In this document: in pieces, positions 28,758 through 38,559 of the stretch | Position numbering within the stretch: the first letter of the stretch is position 1 | Layout: each line of letters opens with the position of its first letter | Assembly: GCA_965216565.1 (NCBI GenBank) | Contig: OZ244170.1 | Coordinates: forward strand, 832,001-896,000 | DNA from: Bythopirellula sp. | GTDB taxonomy: Bacteria; Planctomycetota; Planctomycetia; Pirellulales; Lacipirellulaceae | Direction: 5' to 3' | Length of the DNA stretch: 64,000 nt | Translations under genes and position numbers: made by a program | The notes under the pieces: generated by a model | Seen by the model: the letters and a program-made list of their open reading frames with translations, nothing else | What the model was told of the DNA's origin: nothing | Databases searched by the model: none

Positions 28758-29429
28758 ATGGATCAAACTCGCCCAAATGTGCTATCAGTACTATCGTTGC
28801 CTTTCGAAGAAAACTCATACATTGCCCACCTTGAAGGGAGCAATCAAGCGATTGTTGTCGATCCCGGGCTGGAACCCGACAAGATCCTCGCCGAACTGGA
28901 CTCTAGAGATTTGGAACTCGCCGCGATTCTTTGTACCCACGGCCATTCCGATCACATCGCTGGCAATGCTGCCATGAAAGAAAGGCAGCCCGACTGCCCG
29001 CTGGTGATCGGTGCCGGGGATGCATACAAGCTGACGGATCCGGTGGCAAATCTGTCGGCCGGGTTTGGGGTCGATCTTATTAGCCCCGAGGCAGACAGGA
29101 CCGTCGAAGAGGGGGAAGTCCTCAATTATGCGGGCATCGAACTGGAAGTGCTCAACACACCGGGCCATTCCGCGGGGCATGTGGTTTTTGTGGCACGCGT
29201 TTGGCAGCCGATCCAAGTGTTTGGCGGCGACGTGCTTTTTTCAGGAAGCATCGGCCGCACGGACTTTCCCGATGGCAGTTTTGCCGACCTTAAGAAATCG
29301 ATTCACGAGAAACTGTTCCCCCTACCCGACGATACGATCGTGTTGCCCGGGCACGGACCGCCCACCACCGTGGGCGCGGAAAAAAGCAGCAATCCCTACG
29401 TGGGATTGAATGCGAATTTCAACGGGTAG
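28758..29429 (+). CDS. MBL-fold metallo-hydrolase (glyoxalase II-like)
   Basis: VDPG, THGHSDHIAG, TPGHSAGH, GDVLF.GSIGRTD, PGHG. Confidence 0.93.
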   Translation: MDQTRPNVLSVLSLPFEENSYIAHLEGSNQAIVVDPGLEPDKILAELDSRDLELAAILCTHGHSDHIAGNAAMKERQPDCPLVIGAGDAYKLTDPVANLSAGFGVDLISPEADRTVEEGEVLNYAGIELEVLNTPGHSAGHVVFVARVWQPIQVFGGDVLFSGSIGRTDFPDGSFADLKKSIHEKLFPLPDDTIVLPGHGPPTTVGAEKSSNPYVGLNANFNG

Positions 29430-29498
29430 GGGAACGAAGCAGCATACTCTTGGCGCTCGTTAAGACCCAACCTGCCTCGGCGTGCTACGCTTCGGAAT

Positions 29499-29696
29499 TC
29501 CCCGAAGGGGATAGAAACCTTAGCCCAGGGTTGATCGCGTAGCGATCTACCCTGGGTACAAGGATATGATCAGATCTACCCTGAAGGGGTTGAACGATGT
29601 GTACAACCCTTTCAGGGTAGGAATGGTATCGAGTTTACCCAGGGTAGATCGTTTCACGATCAACCCTGGGCTAAGGAGTTCAACGCCTTCGGCGTA
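29499..29696. repeat. ~200-bp inverted-repeat element (REPIN/MITE-like), each arm with three hairpins
   Basis: CCTTAGCCCAGGGTTGATCG....CGATCTACCCTGGGTA occurs in both orientations, with CCCCGAAGGGG/CGCCGAAGGCG and ACCCTGAA(G/A)GGGT hairpins. Confidence 0.9.
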
Positions 29697-29737
29697 ACGT
29701 TAGATTGAACGTTGGTTTGGCGCGTTTAGCGTAGTAC

Positions 29738-29824
29738 GTAGGGTGTGCCATAGCAACGCGGCGGCACACCGAGGGGGATGATGTCAAAATCTCACTCTCG
29801 GTGGGCCTGACGGCACCACCCTAC
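29738..29824. repeat. GTAG-type REP doublet
   Basis: GTAGGGTGTGCC...GGCACACC and inverted GGTGGGCC..GGCACCACCCTAC. Confidence 0.7.
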
Positions 29825-29897
29825 TTCAGGTAATCTGACTTTGCCTCAGCTCCAACTTCCAAGGCAGCTTGCCGTGCCTCGGATGAACCAATGGCTG

Positions 29898-31703
29898 CTA
29901 ATTCTCTACTTCCACATTCGCATCTTCTGAAGGTGGCTCCACCACCGGCGAGTCTACCGAGGAGGGAGGCACTTCTGGTTCGTCACCAGGCGAGGCAGGG
30001 CTGCCGGGGAGTTCCAACGTGAAACAACTGCCCTGGCCGGGCTCGCTATCGACGGCGATGTGACCGCCATGTTCTTCCATGATTTTTTTGCTGACGGGTA
30101 GTCCCAGGCCCGTTCCCCGTCCGCCCTTGCGGGAGACAAAGATATTGAAAATCGCCTCTTTATCGTCCGGAGTAATTCCGGGACCGTTATCTGCAATAGA
30201 GAGCCGAGCAACCTGGTCCATGGAATCGTAGGTGGTCGAAATCGTTACCGTTCCTTCTTCCGTTTCGTCACAAGCATCAATCGCATTGGTCATAATGTTG
30301 AGCACAGCACGGTGGAGCGCTTCGGGGTCGAACATCATTTCCGGCATGTCGTCGGTTGGTTCGTAGACCAGGCTTACTTCCATCTCTTCGGCGCGAACTT
30401 GCATCAGTTCCACGACCTCTGCTGCGACATCATTGAGGTTGGCGCATTTCGGCTCTGGCTGGCGTTCCTTGCTGAAGGTCAGCATGTCGAGCACGAGCGA
30501 GGAGATTCGCTCTTGATTTCGTTCGACAATGCCCCAGCCTTTGCGGATCGTGTCGACGGCTTTTTCCGCCTTTTCCTCATCTGTTTCACCAGTATGGGTT
30601 GCTTTGTCGTGATCGCCCAGTCCCAGCTCAATCAGGTAGCTACCCCCACGAACACCTTGCAGAATGTTTTTGATGTGATGAGAAAGCGAAGCAATCGTCT
30701 GCCCTACCGCAGCGAGTCGTTCTGCTTGTACTAAAGCTTTGTAGTAGGAGGTGTCTTCCACAGCCAGGGCCGCTTGATGGGCGATGGCAATCATTAGCCG
30801 CAGATGTTCTTCCGTAAACTGGTCGGTTTTTCCTTTGTTCATTAACATGCGTTGCGGGGTGATTGCCGTATCGATGTAAATCACACCCACTACGTCGTAG
30901 CGACCCTGCATAGGTACACAGATTGCTTCGTTGACGCCGAGCTTTACGATGCTGGCGGTCGGTTCCCAGCGTTCGTCATCGCCGGCATTTGAGGTAAGTA
31001 CCCCTTCGTTGTGTTCGACGACGTAGTCGAGAATCGTCTTGCTAATCGAAATCTTTTCGTCGGTGCGGACCCCACGACGATGTCGGCGGACTTTGGGAAC
31101 AAGCTTTTCACTCTCGATGTCCTTGAGCATGATACAGCCACGGTCGGCATCGACCCATTCAAAGATCATGTCCATGATTCTGGCCAGCAATTGATCGATG
31201 TCCATCGTGTGGCTAATCGCCAGCGCCGTGCGGTACATGATCTGCAGATTGCTGCGGGCTCGCGCTAACCAGGGGTTGGACGAACTGTTGACATCTGCCA
31301 AAGCCCAATCGCTGTTGTCGCTGTGACTGAGCGAGGCAACGATCCGCGAACCATCCTTAGAATTGGATCGCTGTACGATATCGACCTGGTCGGCGATGTC
31401 TTCGTAGGCACTTTCTAAAAAGCCTGTGTAGAGCAACAACGATTTGCCAAATTGCAATTGGTCGCCGCTCACGAGTTCCTGCTCAGTCGCAGGGCGGCCA
31501 TTCACAAAAGTGCCATTACTACTGCCCAAGTCGCGCAGCAAGTACGTATCGCCGCGACGCACAAGCTCAGCGTGCTCTCGCGAGACCTCCGTATCGAGAA
31601 GACGCACCGAATTGTTTTGGGTGCGGCCAACCGAGTGCGAAGACTCTTCTAGCTGATATCGCGTACCTTGATCGCGACCTTGGATGACGAACAACGATGC
31701 CAA
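29898..31703 (-). CDS. FHA-GAF-HisKA-HATPase sensor histidine kinase (soluble)
   Basis: FHA (GR, SREHA, DLGSSNGT), GAF (CVPM..GVIYID), H-box LSHHIKNIL, NAIDA, DNGPG, GTGLGL. Confidence 0.93.
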   Translation of the reverse strand: MASLFVIQGRDQGTRYQLEESSHSVGRTQNNSVRLLDTEVSREHAELVRRGDTYLLRDLGSSNGTFVNGRPATEQELVSGDQLQFGKSLLLYTGFLESAYEDIADQVDIVQRSNSKDGSRIVASLSHSDNSDWALADVNSSSNPWLARARSNLQIMYRTALAISHTMDIDQLLARIMDMIFEWVDADRGCIMLKDIESEKLVPKVRRHRRGVRTDEKISISKTILDYVVEHNEGVLTSNAGDDERWEPTASIVKLGVNEAICVPMQGRYDVVGVIYIDTAITPQRMLMNKGKTDQFTEEHLRLMIAIAHQAALAVEDTSYYKALVQAERLAAVGQTIASLSHHIKNILQGVRGGSYLIELGLGDHDKATHTGETDEEKAEKAVDTIRKGWGIVERNQERISSLVLDMLTFSKERQPEPKCANLNDVAAEVVELMQVRAEEMEVSLVYEPTDDMPEMMFDPEALHRAVLNIMTNAIDACDETEEGTVTISTTYDSMDQVARLSIADNGPGITPDDKEAIFNIFVSRKGGRGTGLGLPVSKKIMEEHGGHIAVDSEPGQGSCFTLELPGSPASPGDEPEVPPSSVDSPVVEPPSEDANVEVEN

Positions 31704-31792
31704 AGTAGAACAACCCCGTAGAAAAGTCGAAGGAACAACGATCCGCCTATCGTTGCCTTCCAGTGCGCTGTATTCGAACCCGGAGACCGAAG

Positions 31793-32176
31793 TCAGACTT
31801 CCAGCCGACGATCCAACAATTCACTAATTCTACGAATCAGGTCCACGTAATGGTAGGGTTTGGAGACGAAAAGTCCTGTCTCCAAAGGGGTTAGGTGCTT
31901 CTTTTTAGTGCCGAGTACAACGATTGGGATGGAACTACGGGTTGCGGCCTGCCCCAGATCCTCGACCTCGGCTGGACTCGGCGACCGATCGGATTCGGCA
32001 TCGAGCACGATCAAATCAGGATTTTCCTGTTCCGAAATCTGATCCGTAAGCAGCGGCGCAGTACTGGGGCGGGGAGATGTAAGCACCTCGGCACCTTGGC
32101 GGCGGAGTAGAGTGCTAAGTAGCTCTCTGTTCTCGCTGGAGGCATCAATGACCAAGACTCGGGCGTTATTTTTCAA
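31793..32176 (-). CDS. Single-domain response regulator (receiver)
   Basis: VLVID, PDLIVLD, IPIVVL, SKPY; adjacent to the kinase; TTG start. Confidence 0.75.
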   Translation of the reverse strand: MKNNARVLVIDASSENRELLSTLLRRQGAEVLTSPRPSTAPLLTDQISEQENPDLIVLDAESDRSPSPAEVEDLGQAATRSSIPIVVLGTKKKHLTPLETGLFVSKPYHYVDLIRRISELLDRRLEV

Positions 32177-32771
32177 GCGAAAGGCTCCGCTAGTGATGGG
32201 TAGGTTTTGTTGGTGGGCGACTCGGGGGGGCGCGAACCATAGAAACTCGATGGGCCCGTGTCAAAGTCAAAGCCTTCGACAAAGTTGAAAGTTAAAGGTG
32301 TAAGTCAGGGTGCTCGGGAATTCGAAAAACACTCTCAGCTACCTCAGTAACTGTCATTCCGAGGTCTGCCGAGGAATCTGGCTGGACCCCTCGGCAGACC
32401 TCGGCGTGACAGAACGCTTTGAGTTTGGGATGTACTATCCGAATTCCCGCGCACCCTCTAGTAGATGTCAGCCAGTGTGTTGGAAGTGACAAGAGAGAAC
32501 TCGTCTTAAAGGCTTCAGAGTTGAATCTCTGGGCGAGATTGGTCCGCTAGCATTCGCGGCTCTCATTTCAAAACACCCTAGAATCAACGATGTTTTCTGA
32601 TGGAAAAGAGAATCGAGAAATGCTCTTTACGCCGCAGGGTGTTCTCGACACAATACGCCCCGCAATTTACCAGCCACCCCCCGGGCGAAATCGTCTGGAG
32701 TGTTTCCGCAACTTGGGTGGTACCTACTTAAGATTGGTCAAGGAAGACCCTATCCAGCAAGGAGTGCTGAC

Positions 32772-33410
32772 GTGAGATCTCTGCTGCTCTCAGCCATCGT
32801 TTCCGGATGTATCCTAGGTTCTGTCAGTGAGGCATTTGCCCAAGGCGCCTCGCCCAGTGCCAACGCAACTCGCTATGGCACGGCCGTTGTCGACGTGAGT
32901 TACATCTTCAAAAACTATTCGCAATTCACCACTGCCATGAAGGGCCTCAAGGCCGAGATGGAACAAATCGATGGGGAACTTAAAAGCGAACGACAAGCCA
33001 TAGCTTCGAAAGAAGAACAACGCAAAACTCTCAATCCAAACACTCCTGATTTCAACAAGCTTGATGAAGAGATCGCGCGGGCAACTGCCGATTTTCAAAT
33101 CAAGGCAGGACGAATTCGTAAGCAGTTTTTGGAGAAAGAAGCCAAGGTGTACTACCAAACTTACCTGCAGGTAAGTAACGCAGTGCAACACTATGCCCAA
33201 AGCCACAATATTGGTTTGGTGCTTCGCTTCAATGGTGACCAAATTGATCCCAACGCTCGGGAGAAAATTCTGCATGCCATTAACAAGCCTGTGGTTTACC
33301 AGAACAACATCGATATTACCCCCGATGTTCTGGCACTGCTGAACCGAGGTGGGGCTCCAGGTGGATTGTCTCCAACCGCAACTCAGCCTCAGAACACTAC
33401 TCGGCGTTAG
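32772..33410 (+). CDS. skp: OmpH/Skp periplasmic chaperone
   Basis: Signal peptide, AVVDVSYIF, coiled coil, IDITPDVL; GGAG RBS before GTG 32772; upstream of lpxC. Confidence 0.85.
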   Translation: MRSLLLSAIVSGCILGSVSEAFAQGASPSANATRYGTAVVDVSYIFKNYSQFTTAMKGLKAEMEQIDGELKSERQAIASKEEQRKTLNPNTPDFNKLDEEIARATADFQIKAGRIRKQFLEKEAKVYYQTYLQVSNAVQHYAQSHNIGLVLRFNGDQIDPNAREKILHAINKPVVYQNNIDITPDVLALLNRGGAPGGLSPTATQPQNTTRR

Positions 33411-33498
33411 CGTAGGCGGGAGGGAGTGTTGTCCCAACGAAACTCTGTTTCTTGCCAGGCAATGCTCTTTCGATGCCGCTTTCATGGGGGCCCATACC

Positions 33499-34374
33499 AT
33501 GTTGCCAAATAGATCGCCACAAACCATCAGCCGCCCGGTCTCCGTCCACGGCAGAGGTTACTGGAGTGGAGAAAAAGTTCGGGTGGAATTCCGCCCGGCT
33601 CCGGTCGGCAGTGGCATCCACTTTGTGCGAGACGATTTGGGCCCAAACGCTCGGATACCAGCCCTGGCGACACATCGAATTGATGTGCCGCGGCGGACGA
33701 ATCTGGCGAACCACTCGGTTAGAGTCGACATGGTCGAGCACATCTTGGCTGCATTGGCCGGTTTGGGTATCGACAATTGCGATGTCGGCGTAAATCAGCA
33801 AGAAATGCCGGGTGGCGATGGATCGTCGAAGGCCTATGTTGAAGCCTTGGACTCCGTTGGCATCGAGCAGCAGAACGGCGAGCTTTCTTGCTTCGAGATA
33901 AGCGAAGTGGTCCGTCAAGAGTGTGGTGAGTCTTGGATTGAGGCACGCCCCGCTACGAATGGCCAGTATTCGGTTCGCTTCGAACTAGATTATTCGCATG
34001 AGCCGGTTGTTGGCCAACAAGTCGCAGAGTCAGTTGTTACACCGGAGCTCTTCCGACGCGAGATTGCCCCCTGCCGAACGTTTGTGCTGGAACGCGAAGC
34101 GCAGGAACTGCGTCGCCGAGGACTTGGCGAAGGTGTCACGAATCAAGATTTGCTAGTCTTTGGCGAATCGGGACCGATCGACAATACCCTACTGTTCGAC
34201 AATGAATGTGCACGGCACAAACTGCTCGATGTTATCGGAGATTTGGCACTGACGGGTCATTCCCTTGTGGGGCAAATCATCGCTCACCGAAGCGGCCATC
34301 GGCTCAATTCGGCGCTGGCCGAAGAACTTATTGCCAAGTTTGCTGATCAACAACCCATCCGAGCCAGTGCCTGA
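33499..34374 (+). CDS. lpxC: UDP-3-O-acyl-GlcNAc deacetylase
   Basis: QTI, VEHILAAL, PGGDGSS, EIAPCRTF, HKLLDVIGDL, GHRLN. Confidence 0.93.
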   Translation: MLPNRSPQTISRPVSVHGRGYWSGEKVRVEFRPAPVGSGIHFVRDDLGPNARIPALATHRIDVPRRTNLANHSVRVDMVEHILAALAGLGIDNCDVGVNQQEMPGGDGSSKAYVEALDSVGIEQQNGELSCFEISEVVRQECGESWIEARPATNGQYSVRFELDYSHEPVVGQQVAESVVTPELFRREIAPCRTFVLEREAQELRRRGLGEGVTNQDLLVFGESGPIDNTLLFDNECARHKLLDVIGDLALTGHSLVGQIIAHRSGHRLNSALAEELIAKFADQQPIRASA

Positions 34375-34397
34375 GGACTCCCCCGAGACCAATTGTT

Positions 34398-35207
34398 ATG
34401 TCTATTAGCATCGCAACCACAGCCTGGATCGATCCCCGAGCGGAAATCGGCGCTGAAGTCGAAATCGGTCCGTTTTGCTCCATAGGTGCAGGCGCAAAGA
34501 TCGGGCGTGGTACGCGACTGATGAACAACGTGACCTTGATGGGCAACGTTACCTTGGGTTCAGAGAACGTCCTCTATCCGAATGTCGTTGTCGGAGCCGA
34601 GCCTCAGGACATTAGCTACGCTGGTGAAGAGACTGCCGTTGTGATTGGCGATCGGAATACCCTGAGAGAAGGTGTTACGATCAATCGCGGTAGCGAAAAA
34701 GAGGATGGTTTGACCCGCTTGGGGAATGACAATTTTTTGATGGCTAATAGCCATGTGGCGCATGATTGTAAGCTGGGCAGTCACATTGTGATTGCCAATG
34801 GCTCGCTCTTGGCAGGGCACGTTCATGTAAACGACCATGCTTCGATCTCGGGTGGATGCGCAGTGCATCACTTCGTGACTGTTGGGAGCTACAGTTTCTT
34901 GGCAGGACTGAGCCGAGCATTGCACGATGTGCCTCCCTATATGCTGGTCGAGGGTATCGCGGCCAAACCACGGTGTATCAACATTGTGGCACTAAAACGA
35001 AGTGGATTTTCCAACGCCGCCATCGATAGCCTGGCAGCCGTGCATCGTTTGCTCTATCGATCGAAGGTCGGTATTGCCCATGCCCAGGAGATTTTGCAAT
35101 CGAAGGATCAGCTCACTCCAGAAGTTGAGAAACTGTTTGCCTTCATCAGCCAACAACAAGAAGGTCGGCATGGGCGCGGTCGCGAAGTAACTCGGAGGGC
35201 CGCATGA
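34398..35207 (+). CDS. lpxA: Acyl-ACP--UDP-GlcNAc O-acyltransferase
   Basis: Hexapeptide repeats, PQDISY, REGVTINRG, HVAHDC, DVPPY. Confidence 0.95.
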   Translation: MSISIATTAWIDPRAEIGAEVEIGPFCSIGAGAKIGRGTRLMNNVTLMGNVTLGSENVLYPNVVVGAEPQDISYAGEETAVVIGDRNTLREGVTINRGSEKEDGLTRLGNDNFLMANSHVAHDCKLGSHIVIANGSLLAGHVHVNDHASISGGCAVHHFVTVGSYSFLAGLSRALHDVPPYMLVEGIAAKPRCINIVALKRSGFSNAAIDSLAAVHRLLYRSKVGIAHAQEILQSKDQLTPEVEKLFAFISQQQEGRHGRGREVTRRAA

Positions 35208-36322
35208 GCCGACTAAGACTTGCCGTTGTTGGTGCCGGGCACCTGGGACGAATTCACGCTCGATTGGCGTCGGAAGCAGAGAACATTCAACTGCAGGCGG
35301 TGGTAGACCCCGTCGCCGAAGCACGCGAACAACTTGCCGAACAACTCCGAACCCAAGCTGTAGGCGATTATCGCGAACTCTTTGGGCAAATCGATGCGGC
35401 AATTGTCGCCAGTCCCACTTCGACGCATTGTGAAGTCGTCAGCGAATTGCTTCGCGGCGGTGTTCATGTGCTCGTTGAGAAACCGATTACCACCACCGTA
35501 GAAGAAGCCGATCAGCTGGTGGCGCTAGCTCGTCAGCAGCAACTAATCTTGCAAGTTGGGCATGTCGAGCGATTCAATCCCGCACTGACCAGTGTGCAGG
35601 GCAAGCTTAACGATCCAAAGTTTATCGAGGCCCGCCGACTCAGCGGCTACACCTTCCGCTCGACGGATGTAGGTGTGGTGCTCGACTTGATGATTCACGA
35701 TATTGACGCCGTGCTGAGCCTTGTGCAGTCGCCTGTGGAAGAGGTGGAGGCACTGGGAGTTTCGGTCATGGGCGATCACGAAGATATGGCCAATGCACGA
35801 ATTCGGTTTGCCTCGGGTTGCATTGCCAATCTCACCGCATCACGCGTGAGCTACGAAAACCAAAGGCAAATGCAGGTGTTCACACCGAGTTCCTTCGCGG
35901 CTATTGATTTTGGGAATCGCAATGCGACATTCGTTGATCCTGCAGAATCTATTCTGGAGCGATCGTTCGCAGGCGAATCGCTCTCTGGTCCAGAGCGGGA
36001 GCACATCAAGAACAATCTATTTGAATCGCTCCTCTGTAAGCAAACGAATCCTCCACAAGAAGTCAACGCAATTGTTGAAGAGCAGCAAGACTTTGCACTA
36101 GCGATTGCGAGCGACAGCCAACCACAGGTACCCGGCACCGCGGGACGAGACGCGCTGGCCGTGGCCCACCAAATTCTTGATCAGGTGGCCCAGCACCAAT
36201 GGGATGGCAAGCAAGGACTCCGGCAGGGCCCCTTAGCTCTTCCGGAAACACCTCACGTGCTTTCGGTCGCCGATCACTGGTCCGTCGACGACACAGTGAT
36301 TCTCCGCCGCAAGGCTGGCTAG
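35204..36322 (+). CDS. Gfo/Idh/MocA oxidoreductase, GnnA-like
   Basis: GAGHLGRIH, VLVEKP, QVGHVERFNP, VVLDLMIHDID, TASRVS; ATGA overlap with lpxA. Confidence 0.88.
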   Translation: MSRLRLAVVGAGHLGRIHARLASEAENIQLQAVVDPVAEAREQLAEQLRTQAVGDYRELFGQIDAAIVASPTSTHCEVVSELLRGGVHVLVEKPITTTVEEADQLVALARQQQLILQVGHVERFNPALTSVQGKLNDPKFIEARRLSGYTFRSTDVGVVLDLMIHDIDAVLSLVQSPVEEVEALGVSVMGDHEDMANARIRFASGCIANLTASRVSYENQRQMQVFTPSSFAAIDFGNRNATFVDPAESILERSFAGESLSGPEREHIKNNLFESLLCKQTNPPQEVNAIVEEQQDFALAIASDSQPQVPGTAGRDALAVAHQILDQVAQHQWDGKQGLRQGPLALPETPHVLSVADHWSVDDTVILRRKAG

Positions 36323-36339
36323 CTATTTAGTTGCGACTA

Positions 36340-37815
36340 CTACGCCAAGTCGCGATCTTCGAAGAAGAATAGCGCTAGCAACATTGCAGCTGTGCAGTAC
36401 AGGGCACTGTATAGCAACGTCATCAGCAAATACTCCGGCGGCACGGGCGAGGAGCCCGCGATGGCACCCTCGATTTCATAGTGGTCGAGCACCGGCACCA
36501 GCGCAGCAATGAACTGGCCGATGAATTTCACGAAGACGAGCCGCCCCTCCAAGGCGGCTGATTTCACAATCAAGGGGCCGAGGTGGCCGAGGACGTAAAT
36601 CGATCCGCAGATTACCAGGTTGGGCAGCATCGACATGCGAGTGGAGATGGCGACGCTAATTGCGGCAATGACCACGGCTTCGAAAAACGCCAAAACCAGT
36701 CCTGGGACAATCCGCACGACCTCGGCGTAGCACTCTTGCCATTCGGGGGTCAATTTAGACGATTCGCGGGCGTCGTACACCACCTTGATCGAGACGCAGA
36801 ACAGAAAAATCAGTCCTAGGATGATGAACATCAGCAGGATGGGCCAGATGATTCCCAGGAACTTACCCAGGATAAACTGCCGGCGTCCTACGGGCTTTGA
36901 GAGGACGGTGAGTGCCGTTCGGCCTTCGATTTCATCAGAGACCGAGACGCTCGCGGTCCACAGGGCCACGATGATCGCCAAGATCTTGATTGTGACCATG
37001 CCAGAGGTCATCAGCATCTTTACATCTTCGCCGAAGGTGTTGTATGGAATCACGACAAAGGCGAACAGAGCCACCGCGCCGACTGCCAGCAGCAGCAAGT
37101 ACAACGGTTGGGTAACGGCTTCCTTCGCCGTGGCCGTGGCAATGACAGACACTCTAGGCGCCAGCCAATGCACCAGGAAGTAGATCGCAAAGAGTGAGAC
37201 AACGCTCGTGGCGGTGATCACCAAATCATGCACCTCGGGCATTTCGACGTCAGTAGTAAATGTACCCGTCACGGTCGTTGGCAGGCCACTTTCGTTGGTG
37301 AGATACAGCGTTTGGAAGTCGTCCTCAAACCCTCGTTGCAAATTACTGCCTGGCGACCATTGGTACAGGTCACCACTGCTTCCCTCGACAATTAGCAACG
37401 GTTCGGAAAACCCTTTCTCCGGCTCCGTGTGGATTGCAATGTCTTCGCCACTCTCGAACGAATAGCTTTGGATTTCGTCTACGCGGACCGGGAGGTCCAC
37501 CTCGAAGTCGGATGTCTCAGCCGGGACATCGACCGTGAACACTTTCTCGCCCACGTCAGTCATGCGGCCTAACGAAGCCCACATGCGCTCCAGGGGCATC
37601 AGCGGACTGGCCATCACAGCCAATATGGCCAAGGCAATCAGCGCGTACGAGATGGGCAGCAGGATGCTCTCTTGGACGGTCGTCAGCATCGATCGACCCC
37701 AGCGTCGGTTTATTGCTGTCGCAATTCCCCAGACGACTAGCAGAATGAGAGAGCCGATGGTGGCCCCGCAAGCGATCAGCCACACGGGCGTTAACCAAAC
37801 AGAAAGATTCGACAT
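36340..37815 (-). CDS. ABC-2-type transporter permease
   Basis: EIEGRTALTVLSKPVGRRQFILGKFLG; multiple TMs with an extracytoplasmic loop. Confidence 0.85.
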   Translation of the reverse strand: MSNLSVWLTPVWLIACGATIGSLILLVVWGIATAINRRWGRSMLTTVQESILLPISYALIALAILAVMASPLMPLERMWASLGRMTDVGEKVFTVDVPAETSDFEVDLPVRVDEIQSYSFESGEDIAIHTEPEKGFSEPLLIVEGSSGDLYQWSPGSNLQRGFEDDFQTLYLTNESGLPTTVTGTFTTDVEMPEVHDLVITATSVVSLFAIYFLVHWLAPRVSVIATATAKEAVTQPLYLLLLAVGAVALFAFVVIPYNTFGEDVKMLMTSGMVTIKILAIIVALWTASVSVSDEIEGRTALTVLSKPVGRRQFILGKFLGIIWPILLMFIILGLIFLFCVSIKVVYDARESSKLTPEWQECYAEVVRIVPGLVLAFFEAVVIAAISVAISTRMSMLPNLVICGSIYVLGHLGPLIVKSAALEGRLVFVKFIGQFIAALVPVLDHYEIEGAIAGSSPVPPEYLLMTLLYSALYCTAAMLLALFFFEDRDLA

Positions 37816-37944
37816 AAGGGTACAGACTGTCCGTAGAATTCAGGTAAGAGAATTGGAACGACACGAGTTTCGACAACGAGACTGTGAGACATCGTTAGCG
37901 GTCTGGGCTCGACGCGGAAATACGTTGGCCGCACACGAACAATC

Positions 37945-38235
37945 TTAATAGCGGATGTCGAAGTTGGCAAACTCGTCCGTGGCGGTTCGCCGATCGTGCG
38001 AAACGTGTTCCACGTGCCCAGACATGCGATTTGCTAGTTCCTCGTGGAATTTGTCCAGTTGCTCTCCGGAGCCCTCGGCTAACACTTCAACCGAGCCATT
38101 GGGCAAATTGCGGACATAACCCACCACGTCGAACGAGCGGGAGACGGCCCGCGTGGTATAGCGAAAACCAACGCCCTGAACCTGACCTTCATACAGAGAA
38201 TGCCGGCGCTCCAATACGGTCGTGGTCGCACTCAT
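37945..38235 (-). CDS. acyP: Acylphosphatase
   Basis: GQVQGVGFR, GYVRNLPNGSVEV; AGGAG RBS before ATG 38235. Confidence 0.92.
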   Translation of the reverse strand: MSATTTVLERRHSLYEGQVQGVGFRYTTRAVSRSFDVVGYVRNLPNGSVEVLAEGSGEQLDKFHEELANRMSGHVEHVSHDRRTATDEFANFDIRY

Positions 38236-38559
38236 CTTGTCTTGTCTCCTGTCATCAAAAAAAAGAACCGAGAGAAATCGTTCAAATTTCTGGATTCCGT
38301 TCCTGCGATATCCACCCTCGACTCTGCTCATAGATTCCAGACTGGCTAGTATATCGAGTGGCGATTCGTCCTACTAGAACCCGCGACGATTTCGGGCGAT
38401 TTGAGGCCTTCAATCTTTGGTCCAGCCGGCGGCACGCTCGTCTCCGGGATCTGACGGTTCGCGTGGCGATCTCGCTAATTGGTGGCTGTTGGCAAGCCTA
38501 TTGATGAAGGCCCGATTCGTCTTGACCGTTCGGTCTGGTTTACCTACTCTCCCCCGATC

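Noticed and set aside
29499..29824. CRISPR array interpretation of the repeats
   Set aside because: The repeats are inverted, not regularly spaced direct repeats with spacers, and no cas genes are present
32180..32770. tRNA or ncRNA in the long divergent intergenic region
   Set aside because: No cloverleaf, T-loop GTTCRA or other recognisable RNA motif; the short ORFs lack support
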